Below, piece after piece: positions 23,565-29,733 of a stretch of DNA of 29,733 bases. Each line of letters begins with the position of its first letter. Within the stretch, counting starts at the first letter, position 1. The notes below the pieces were generated by a model. The model had not been told where the DNA came from. It searched no databases and saw nothing but the letters and a program-made list of their open reading frames with translations. Both the position numbers and the translations under genes were made by a program. Where the stretch lies: positions 64,001-93,733 of the IMG/VR virus record IMGVR_UViG_3300037852_000247; one strand, written 5' to 3'. The stretch comes from a virus (taxonomy: Duplodnaviria; Heunggongvirae; Uroviricota; Caudoviricetes).

Positions 23565-23750
23565 TTACGACCAAGACTCGATGAAATAGCGCTCGCCTCT
23601 CTGCGCGCACTCTTGATCGGTTAGTATGGTCCCTGGCGGGTCAACCACGTATCCGCGGCGATCGCGGCTCAATTGGCCGCCGATCTTTATGGCCCAGTGT
23701 ACCGCTGCCCGATAGCCGTCATCGCTGTGATGGAAAATTTGCGTGGTCAT
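23565..23750 (-). CDS. Hypothetical protein (61 aa)
   Basis: Preceded by the start-associated repeat. Confidence 0.75.
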   Translation of the reverse strand: MTTQIFHHSDDGYRAAVHWAIKIGGQLSRDRRGYVVDPPGTILTDQECAQRGERYFIESWS

Positions 23751-23811
23751 AGGGGTCTCTCCGCCCCTGAACCCCGAGGCGCGGGCCGGTCAGAGACCGG
23801 AATAACTGTGA

Positions 23812-24015
23812 TCAGGCGCAATCGGCGTAGGAATAGGCGTAGTGAGCGCCATCCGCCCTATGCCGTAGACCGTTCAATGCGGCTCTGCCGATCGCGGAGT
23901 CGTTATCCGCGCCCATTGGCGTCTCGCCTGCTTCGTAAGCGGCGAAATATGCCGCCTCGCAACCCCTGCCATCGCTCAGCAGGGCTGCGTAAGTCTGTTG
24001 GTGCTCGTGGTTCAT
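23812..24015 (-). CDS. Hypothetical protein (67 aa)
   Basis: First gene after the strong leftward promoter; preceded by the repeat. Confidence 0.75.
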   Translation of the reverse strand: MNHEHQQTYAALLSDGRGCEAAYFAAYEAGETPMGADNDSAIGRAALNGLRHRADGAHYAYSYADCA

Positions 24016-24069
24016 TTTATCTCTCCGCCCCTGATCCCCGAGGCGCGGGCTGTCTTAATCGACACTCCG

Positions 24070-24108
24070 AATATAGTGCGCCATCGGCGCACCGTCAAGA
24101 TATTTTTT
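24070..24108 (-). promoter_or_regulatory. Strong sigma70 promoter whose 17-nt spacer is a palindrome (candidate operator)
   Basis: Minus strand: AAAAAATATC TTGACG gtgcgcc-gat-ggcgcac TATATT. Confidence 0.85.
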
Positions 24109-24236
24109 CGGGAGATTTTCCAAGAAGCGTCGCGAGCATACGCCACCATAACGAGGCACCTAAGCGGCGTTGCCAAATGATGCCGTTAGTGTCCTGATGG
24201 TACTCAAACCGGCTATTTCGCCATTGCGGCTGCATG

Positions 24237-24824
24237 TCACTCCCCTCCCATTAGCATCCCTGCGCCAAATTGGACTGCTCCGTTGCCGCCTCCGCTGCCT
24301 CCGAATCGCCTCCACAGCTCCACTTCCTCGGTGCGAATCATCAGCAGGATCGCAATCAGCCGATCCTCCTCTGGCAATGTTCCCGGATCGCCGAATATGA
24401 TGCAGATGCGATTGTCTATGCCAGGGCGCTTGACGACAACTCGACTGCCCCAGATAAGTATATAATTGGCGATGTCAGTCCGAACCGAGAATCGCCGATG
24501 GACGAGATAATCCTCGCGTTGCTCGGGCGTCAGTAGACGGAGAAGCAATTCGCGAGCCCGCGTGGTAGTCTCTGGATGGCCATTGGGAACCAATCGATCC
24601 GTACCCCATTCGGTGGGAAAGGCTGTTCCGCCATCTCTCTGCCGACGGATGCGTGCGGCAAGCTTAATGCAGGTGATTACGTTCCACAAATTCGCGAGGA
24701 TGAGCCCCAGGTTGATACTAAGCTGGATCGGGTGACCCCCTTCGATCACGTCAAGCACAACCACCGCGCCAGAGAGGCCGGCAAGGACAAGCGCAAGCGC
24801 AGCGAAAATGTAGCAATAACGCAT
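24237..24824 (-). CDS. Hypothetical protein: N-terminal two TMs plus a conserved-looking C-terminal domain
   Basis: TM FAALALVLAGLSGAVVVL; ARELLLRLLTPEQ...F.V...ICI...LP.EDRLIAILLMIRTEE. Confidence 0.7.
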   Translation of the reverse strand: MRYCYIFAALALVLAGLSGAVVVLDVIEGGHPIQLSINLGLILANLWNVITCIKLAARIRRQRDGGTAFPTEWGTDRLVPNGHPETTTRARELLLRLLTPEQREDYLVHRRFSVRTDIANYILIWGSRVVVKRPGIDNRICIIFGDPGTLPEEDRLIAILLMIRTEEVELWRRFGGSGGGNGAVQFGAGMLMGGE

Positions 24825-24830
24825 TCAGGT

Positions 24831-25073
24831 TTAGCCAGCGACCATCCGTGGCACGGCGAGGATCTCGGTCGCCTCGGCGTCGAACGAATCGAGCTTCCGG
24901 CCGATCTCCTCGCCTGGGGTCAACCTCGGTCGCTCGCTGATGTCGTACATCGTATAGCCCCAGGCCTGATGCTTGGCGAATTCGGCACCGGCCTCGGTTT
25001 GGCTCGCCGCGTCTTCCGACCAGCGTGCAATTGGGCCATGACCGCGAGCGTCGAGACGATTCATGACGTGCAT
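24831..25073 (-). CDS. Small protein ending in PRMVAG (80 aa)
   Basis: GAGGAG SD before ATG 25073; LDARGHGPIARW...GYTMY...DSFDAEATEILAVPRMVAG. Confidence 0.7.
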   Translation of the reverse strand: MHVMNRLDARGHGPIARWSEDAASQTEAGAEFAKHQAWGYTMYDISERPRLTPGEEIGRKLDSFDAEATEILAVPRMVAG

Positions 25074-25238
25074 TTGGGTTTGCTCCTCTCGATAACAGTG
25101 CCTGGGATATAACGGGACGCGACCGCGAACGCAAGCCGCGCCCCGCTGCTGGATTTCGGACGAGAAATTACGTCCAAAAGCCGCGGCGACCACCGCCATG
25201 GCCCCGAAATCATACCGCCTTTCAGGGACGCGACGCAA

Positions 25239-25439
25239 ATGGGCTGCCCCTCGAAGCGACCGTTCAAAAAAAAGCCGGCGCCAGTCGGCAAGATTTATTA
25301 CGTCGCCTGGCATGATGAATTCGACCTCCATCACAATGCAGTCCGGGCAATGACGATGACGGAAGCAGACGAGATTTTCCGCCGGCATTACCCAACCCGC
25401 AAAGTCCTTGGGCTCTCAGCCGAATATCCTCGTTCATGA
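25239..25439 (+). CDS. Hypothetical protein (66 aa)
   Basis: KIYYVAWHDEF...EADEIFRRHYP; ends next to the adaptor SD. Confidence 0.5.
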   Translation: MGCPSKRPFKKKPAPVGKIYYVAWHDEFDLHHNAVRAMTMTEADEIFRRHYPTRKVLGLSAEYPRS

Positions 25440-25451
25440 GGGGGCCGACCG

Positions 25452-26141
25452 ATGACCGACCTCTGCATCCTGGCCAACGTCAAGGAGTGGCTGCGCACGG
25501 GCGCGGATCCGCTCCCGACGACGGACGACGCGATGCTGGCGCGGTTGATCACCGCCGCCTCGGCGTTTGTCGAGAGCTGGCTGTCGCGCCCCATTGGACT
25601 GGCCAACTGGCAGGAGGTGCGCGACGGGATGGGCGGCGAGCGAGCCAACCGCATGGTGCTGGCGGTGACGCCGGTAGTGGCTGTGCAGTCGCTGACCATC
25701 GACCGCATCGCGATTCAGCCCGTCCCTCCACTCCAGCCCGCCCCTCCATCGGCCCAGCCGGGGACATTTTCCAGCACGGCCGGCTACCTGTTCACTCCCA
25801 CGGAGCTAGTGCTACGCGGCTTTCGCTTCGAGCGCGGCACGGCCAACGTCGTCGTCCAGTACACCGCGGGCTACTACCCGATACCGGCCGACTTGGAGCA
25901 GGCGACGATTGAGCTAGTCGTGCGTAAATATCGCGAGCGCACGCGAATAGCCGAACGCAGTCGTTCGTTGGGCGGCACCCAGACGGTCTCCTATTCTACG
26001 GTGACGTTCAGCATGAATAGCTTGGCGACCGACGTGCAGGTACTGCTCTCGAAATATCAGCAAGTGGCGCCACTGCTGCGCGCTACGTTGCTGCCGTCTT
26101 CGCCGGCGGATGATCCCATGCTCGTCGGCGTGATAGTCTAG
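25452..26141 (+). CDS. Head-tail adaptor/connector (HK97 gp6/SPP1 gp15-like, with beta insertion)
   Basis: DLCILANVKEWL, DDAMLARLITAASAFVESWLSR, VVQYTAGY..IPADLEQATIELV, VLLSKY. Confidence 0.88.
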   Translation: MTDLCILANVKEWLRTGADPLPTTDDAMLARLITAASAFVESWLSRPIGLANWQEVRDGMGGERANRMVLAVTPVVAVQSLTIDRIAIQPVPPLQPAPPSAQPGTFSSTAGYLFTPTELVLRGFRFERGTANVVVQYTAGYYPIPADLEQATIELVVRKYRERTRIAERSRSLGGTQTVSYSTVTFSMNSLATDVQVLLSKYQQVAPLLRATLLPSSPADDPMLVGVIV

Positions 26142-26149
26142 GTTCTGTC

Positions 26150-26617
26150 ATGATTACAGCCCATCTTGTCGGCGACACTGAACTGATCGCCCGTCTCTCT
26201 GCCATGCCCGGCGCTCTCCAGCAGGGTATCGCGCGCGCCGTGACCCGCTTGGCGCTCGAACTGCAGCGCCTGGTCCAGCAGAAGCTCAGCGGCCCGGTGC
26301 TCAACGCGCGGACCGGCGTGCTGCGCAGCAGCATCAACTACCAGGTCCAGCAGTCTTCGACCGGGGCCCTGGCGACTGTCGGTACCGACGTAAAATATGC
26401 CCGCTTTCATGAATTCGGCGTCCCACACAGCTGGGAGATCCGGCCGAAATCGGCCCGGGCCCTGGCTTTTGAGATAGGCGGCCGAACGATATTCGCCGCG
26501 CACGTGATCCACCCTCCGCTGCCGGAGCGCAGCTTCCTACGCAGCTCGCTGCGCGAGATGACTCCGGAGATCATGGCGGAGCTCGAGGCGGCCGTGGGCG
26601 AAGTGGTGCGCCACTGA
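26150..26617 (+). CDS. Neck/virion morphogenesis protein (HK97 gp10/Mu gpG-like)
   Basis: RTGVLRSSI, VGTDVKYARFHEFG, PERSFLR. Confidence 0.85.
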   Translation: MITAHLVGDTELIARLSAMPGALQQGIARAVTRLALELQRLVQQKLSGPVLNARTGVLRSSINYQVQQSSTGALATVGTDVKYARFHEFGVPHSWEIRPKSARALAFEIGGRTIFAAHVIHPPLPERSFLRSSLREMTPEIMAELEAAVGEVVRH

Positions 26618-27075
26618 TGGCCATAGATCGCGAGCGGATCGCAGCCGCGCTGTTCGCCACGGTCAGCGGCGCGGCGCCATTCGTCACCACCAACCGACGC
26701 TTGCGTCACTGGACAGACGTTAATCCCCCCGAGCAGCCGGCGCTATTCATGAGCGAGAAGGGCGGCGAGGCGACCACCGAAGGCCGGATGTTCAACACGC
26801 CGGTGATCCACACGCTTCACTTTGATTTCTACATCTACGCGTACTCGTCCGACCCGTACCGGTCGCCGGCGATGGTTCTGAACCCGCTGGTCGATGCGGT
26901 CGAGCGTGTGCTCTCGCCGACATTCGCGCCGGACGGTTCGATCACTGGATTCAATAATCTTGGGCTGGATGGCATGGTGATGTGGGCGCGCGTCCACGGT
27001 CGGGTGGCTACGGACGAGGGCGTGCTGGGTGATCAGACGTTCGCCATCGTGCCCGTAGAGGTGAGGGCTGTATGA
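26617..27075 (+). CDS. Tail terminator/completion protein
   Basis: Position before the tube gene; EQPALF, LDG.V; TGATG coupling. Confidence 0.75.
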   Translation: MAIDRERIAAALFATVSGAAPFVTTNRRLRHWTDVNPPEQPALFMSEKGGEATTEGRMFNTPVIHTLHFDFYIYAYSSDPYRSPAMVLNPLVDAVERVLSPTFAPDGSITGFNNLGLDGMVMWARVHGRVATDEGVLGDQTFAIVPVEVRAV

Positions 27076-27127
27076 CGAGCGTAACATCGTAATTAACGGC
27101 ACACTACCACCATTGGAGCAGTGCAAA

Positions 27128-27388
27128 ATGGAAGATGATCAGGTCGCGGCTAAGCCGCAGGTCAAGGTTGAGCCGCAGGTCGCGGCTAAGCCTCAGGTCA
27201 AAGCCGAGCCGACGGTCAAAGCCGAGCCGCAGGTCAAGGCTGCGCCGCTGGACGCGGTGGTGGACCGCTGGTTCGGCGACCACTTCCCTGGGTCTGTGGT
27301 GGCCCGCGACGTCGACGCGTACAACTACGTGCACGGTGCCGTCGAGGAACTGAAGAAGCGGCTCAAGGCGGCGCCGACCCCGGATTGA
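27128..27388 (+). CDS. Small protein with (K/E)PQV repeats
   Basis: GGAG SD; 36-nt and 18-nt tandem units at about 27140-27240. Confidence 0.7.
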   Translation: MEDDQVAAKPQVKVEPQVAAKPQVKAEPTVKAEPQVKAAPLDAVVDRWFGDHFPGSVVARDVDAYNYVHGAVEELKKRLKAAPTPD

Positions 27389-27443
27389 AGAATTCTCTGG
27401 ACGAGGCCGCCGCTCATTAAGCGAGCGACCGATCCGATTCTGC

Positions 27444-27471
27444 AAGGCGCTTCGGCGCCTTTTTCTTTTTT
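27444..27471 (+). terminator. Intrinsic terminator-like hairpin just upstream of the tail tube gene
   Basis: aaggcgc-ttcg-gcgcctt (cUUCGg loop) followed by a T-rich run. Confidence 0.75.
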
Positions 27472-28287
27472 ATGGAGGCTACCATCCAACTTTCTTTCGG
27501 CCCAGGCGCCATGTGGGGAGTCCGCACGGACACCACAGGCAGCGGCATAGGCCCCCGCCAATTCGGTCTGCTCCAGGATGTGGATCTAACGGTCAGCTAC
27601 ACCTCCAAGGAGCTGTATGGCCAGTCTCAGTTCCCCGCTGCGCTCGCCCGTGGTCAGGGCAAGGTCAAGGGTAAGGCGAAGATGGCCCGCATTAACGTGC
27701 GGCTTTACTCCGATGTGTTCTTCGGCCTGACAGCCTCGGTCGGCAATTCGACGACAGCGCAATACGAGGCTGCGACGATCCCGGCTACTACACCCTTTAC
27801 GGCAACAGTGGCTAATGCGGCCACCTTCATTTCCGCCAGCGCGACGTTACCACTTGGTGGCGATCTCGGTGTCAACTACGCATCCAACGGCGACATGTTC
27901 AACTATGTCACCACACCTACCAACCCCGGCGAGTACACGGTCAATCCTGCCACCGGGGTGTATACCTTTGCCGCGGTGGACGCCGGACTACCGGTTCAGA
28001 TCAGCTACAATTACCGCCAAGCTGCCACGGGCTTACAGGTCTCCGTGACCAATCAGCCGCAGGGCACGACGCCGTTCTGGGCCGCGACGATCTTCCAAAA
28101 GATCAGTCCCGGCGCACCCGGTACGGCGGGGCAGAGTCTGCCGTGGATGGTTTATCTGCCGGCATGCCACGCTAATTCGCTCAGCATCCCCACTGCCCAG
28201 GACGCTTGGACGATGAACGCCTTCGACTTCGACGCGTTCGCCGATCCCACCGGGTTGGTCATGCAGTACAACGCGGTGAAGCAGTGA
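27472..28287 (+). CDS. Major tail (tube) protein
   Basis: QLSFGPG, FGLLQDVDL, KELYGQSQFP..LARG, G.YTF insertion, AFDFDAFAD; followed by the G/GT chaperones. Confidence 0.88.
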   Translation: MEATIQLSFGPGAMWGVRTDTTGSGIGPRQFGLLQDVDLTVSYTSKELYGQSQFPAALARGQGKVKGKAKMARINVRLYSDVFFGLTASVGNSTTAQYEAATIPATTPFTATVANAATFISASATLPLGGDLGVNYASNGDMFNYVTTPTNPGEYTVNPATGVYTFAAVDAGLPVQISYNYRQAATGLQVSVTNQPQGTTPFWAATIFQKISPGAPGTAGQSLPWMVYLPACHANSLSIPTAQDAWTMNAFDFDAFADPTGLVMQYNAVKQ

Positions 28288-28664
28288 TGATCCCGGGAAT
28301 CCTGATCTTCATGGGCGGCAAGGACTGGACGGTCCCGCCGCTGACACTGAGTAAGCTGCGACGACTCCGACCCAAGATCCGCCAGATGACTGATGCCGGC
28401 ATCGAAGCTAACATTGGTCTGACGGACGAACAGATAGATACGATAGCCGAAATCGTTCAATCCGCGCTCGCGCGCAACTACCCTGATTTAGCTATTGAAG
28501 ATGTGCTCGACCTAATTGACATGGGCAACGTACAGCCCGTGCTACAAGCCGTTCTAGCGGGTTCTGGACTTAGGCGCTCCACGCCGGGGGAAGCGAAGGC
28601 GGTGACGACTGGGGCGCCCTATACGGACTCCTCGCCACCGCCTGCGGATACAGCTACCCAGTGA
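28287..28664 (+). CDS. Tail assembly chaperone (gpG equivalent)
   Basis: Position; GGKDWTVPPLTL..L, ALARNYPDL...DLIDMGN; ends near a PGE slippery site. Confidence 0.85.
   Translation: MIPGILIFMGGKDWTVPPLTLSKLRRLRPKIRQMTDAGIEANIGLTDEQIDTIAEIVQSALARNYPDLAIEDVLDLIDMGNVQPVLQAVLAGSGLRRSTPGEAKAVTTGAPYTDSSPPPADTATQ
28586..28592 (+). other. Programmed -1 ribosomal frameshift site G-GGG-GAA
   Basis: The -1 frame is open from 28589 to 28918 and reads GSEGGDDWGALYGLLATACGYSYPVIDEMTL. Confidence 0.85.
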
Positions 28665-28918
28665 TCGACGAGATGACGCTCTTCGACGTAGAGGAGCTGT
28701 GTCACTACTGGCGTCGGCACCCGCCGGTCCACCTGCTGGTTGCAGGCTTCGTGGGCTATCGGGCTGATGATGCACCGTCGCCGACGGACGCAGAGTACTG
28801 GCCGGTGTCGACGCCGCTGCCACCGGAGTTGCTAAGCGTGCCCGGGGTGGCTTCCGGCGTGCTGCCGCCGAACATGCCGCAGCCCGTCCTCGACTTTGGG
28901 GAGCTAATGACGCGATGA
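28589..28918 (+). CDS. gpT portion of the G-T fusion chaperone
   Basis: DWGALYGLLATACG...IDEMTLFDVEELCHYWRRHPP; reached by -1 frameshift. Confidence 0.8.
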   Translation, partial: GSEGGDDWGALYGLLATACGYSYPVIDEMTLFDVEELCHYWRRHPPVHLLVAGFVGYRADDAPSPTDAEYWPVSTPLPPELLSVPGVASGVLPPNMPQPVLDFGELMTR

Positions 28919-29444
28919 AGCCCTGCGCCGGATGCTCACTCTGCTGCAAAGTCCTCGCGGTGCCCGAGATCGACAAGCCGGCGTGCGTCTGGTGCAGGAA
29001 GCTCGAACGCACTGGCGAACATACTGCGCGATGCGGCATTCACCCAGAGCGGCCAGATGCGTGCCGCACGTTTCAGTGCCTATGGACGCTGGATCCGAAA
29101 ATGCAGCCTGGGCTGAAGCCCGATCGCTGCGGCGTCGTCTTCGCTACCGACGAGTATCTGGATGGTCCGTTCGTCGCTGACGAGCCGTGGCTTCACGCGC
29201 ACGTGGATCCCGATCGGCCGTTGGCGTGGCAGTCCGGGCTGCCGTGGCTCGCCATCTCCGCATTCCTCGGACGAGGCGGCTCGGTCGCCGTCCACGTCGG
29301 TAGTTGGTGGCGGACGTTCCACCGAGGCGAGATCCGGAGCGGGTACGGCGAAGTGGACTATGGCTTCGCGGTGGGGATGTTCCGCCGCGCGACGCTCGAC
29401 GGCATGCCTGCACCCACCCTCGACTTCGCGGAGCTGATGCGTCG
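28873..29444 (+). repeat. Degenerate 42-nt direct repeat (28873-28914 and 29403-29444)
   Basis: 30/42 identical; MPQPVLDFGELMTR vs MPAPTLDFAELMRR. Confidence 0.8.
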
Positions 29445-29457
29445 TGGCGAATCCTGA
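28915..29457 (+). CDS. YkgJ/CxxCxxCC cysteine-cluster protein (putative Zn or Fe-S binding)
   Basis: CAGCSLCCK, C..L, CGIH..RP..CR.F.CLW, PDRCGVVF. Confidence 0.8.
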   Translation: MKPCAGCSLCCKVLAVPEIDKPACVWCRKLERTGEHTARCGIHPERPDACRTFQCLWTLDPKMQPGLKPDRCGVVFATDEYLDGPFVADEPWLHAHVDPDRPLAWQSGLPWLAISAFLGRGGSVAVHVGSWWRTFHRGEIRSGYGEVDYGFAVGMFRRATLDGMPAPTLDFAELMRRGES

Positions 29458-29733
29458 AGTCAAGGTAGTCTTCGGCGCCTCCGTCGATGGGCTACTGCAA
29501 GGCGTCCACGAAGCGCGCGTGGCCATCGAGGAACTGCGCAAACCGGTCGATGACTTCGTCAAAGATATCAGTAAGATATCCGAGGCATTGGGCGTCGCAT
29601 TTGCGGTTGAAAAGATAAAGGAGTGGATAACCGATGCGGCTGAGGCCGGTGAGCACGCGGTAAACCTGGGCGCGGCGCTCAATCTGTCCGCCGAGGCTGC
29701 TAATAACCTCAGCGGCATGATGTCGATCGTCGG
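29444..29733 (+). CDS. Tape measure protein, N-terminus (runs off the window; not in the ORF track)
   Basis: GTG after GGAG; MANPEVKVVFGASVDGL...ALGVAFAVEKIKEWI.DAAEAGE..VNL; open to the edge; follows the chaperones. Confidence 0.85.
   Translation, partial: MANPEVKVVFGASVDGLLQGVHEARVAIEELRKPVDDFVKDISKISEALGVAFAVEKIKEWITDAAEAGEHAVNLGAALNLSAEAANNLSGMMSIV

Larger units (their letters stand above)
23513..24052 (-). repeat. Three ~30-nt start-associated repeats GCCCGCGCCTCGGGG(W/AA)TCAGGGGCGGAGA
   Basis: Copies at about 23513-23544, 23758-23786 and 24022-24052, each just upstream of a minus-strand ATG. Confidence 0.95.
1..29733. mobile_element. Tailed phage/prophage (siphovirus-like) morphogenesis region with many accessory genes
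   Basis: Protease-scaffold, capsid, adaptor, neck, terminator, tail tube, G/GT chaperones and tape measure in canonical order; no sheath gene; no host housekeeping genes. Confidence 0.95.

Noticed and set aside
25074-25388. 5' extension of track ORF 24831-25388
   Set aside because: Strong GAGGAG SD at ATG 25073; the extension is low-complexity and overlaps a plausible plus-strand gene.

Overview
The window is one continuous piece of a GC-rich tailed phage or prophage, most likely a siphovirus of an Alphaproteobacterium (host is inference). It contains the core morphogenesis genes in canonical order: HK97-type prohead protease/scaffold (10538-13066), major capsid protein (13169-14668), head-tail adaptor, neck and tail terminator (25452-27075), tail tube (27472-28287), G/GT tail chaperones with a clear -1 slippery site (28586-28592), and the start of the tape measure gene (29444 to the edge). 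No terminase, portal, integrase, tRNA or CRISPR array is visible. The structural operon is heavily interrupted by accessory genes. These include three glycosyltransferases, a DUF5672 GT-like gene and two SAM methyltransferases; a propeptide-less S53 sedolisin; a possible Acb2/Tad1-like nucleotide sponge; a GGQ-less release-factor fragment; an HNH homing endonuclease; and several inverted morons. The most striking sequence-level signal is at least eight sets of 16-42 nt direct repeats that duplicate gene starts, gene ends or intergenic signals on either side of accessory genes, suggesting repeated insertion that preserves translational coupling. One pair is a near-identical 32-nt terminator inside the protease gene and upstream of the capsid gene; deletion between the two copies would create an in-frame protease-capsid fusion. 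All family assignments come from motif recognition by eye; no database search was run.
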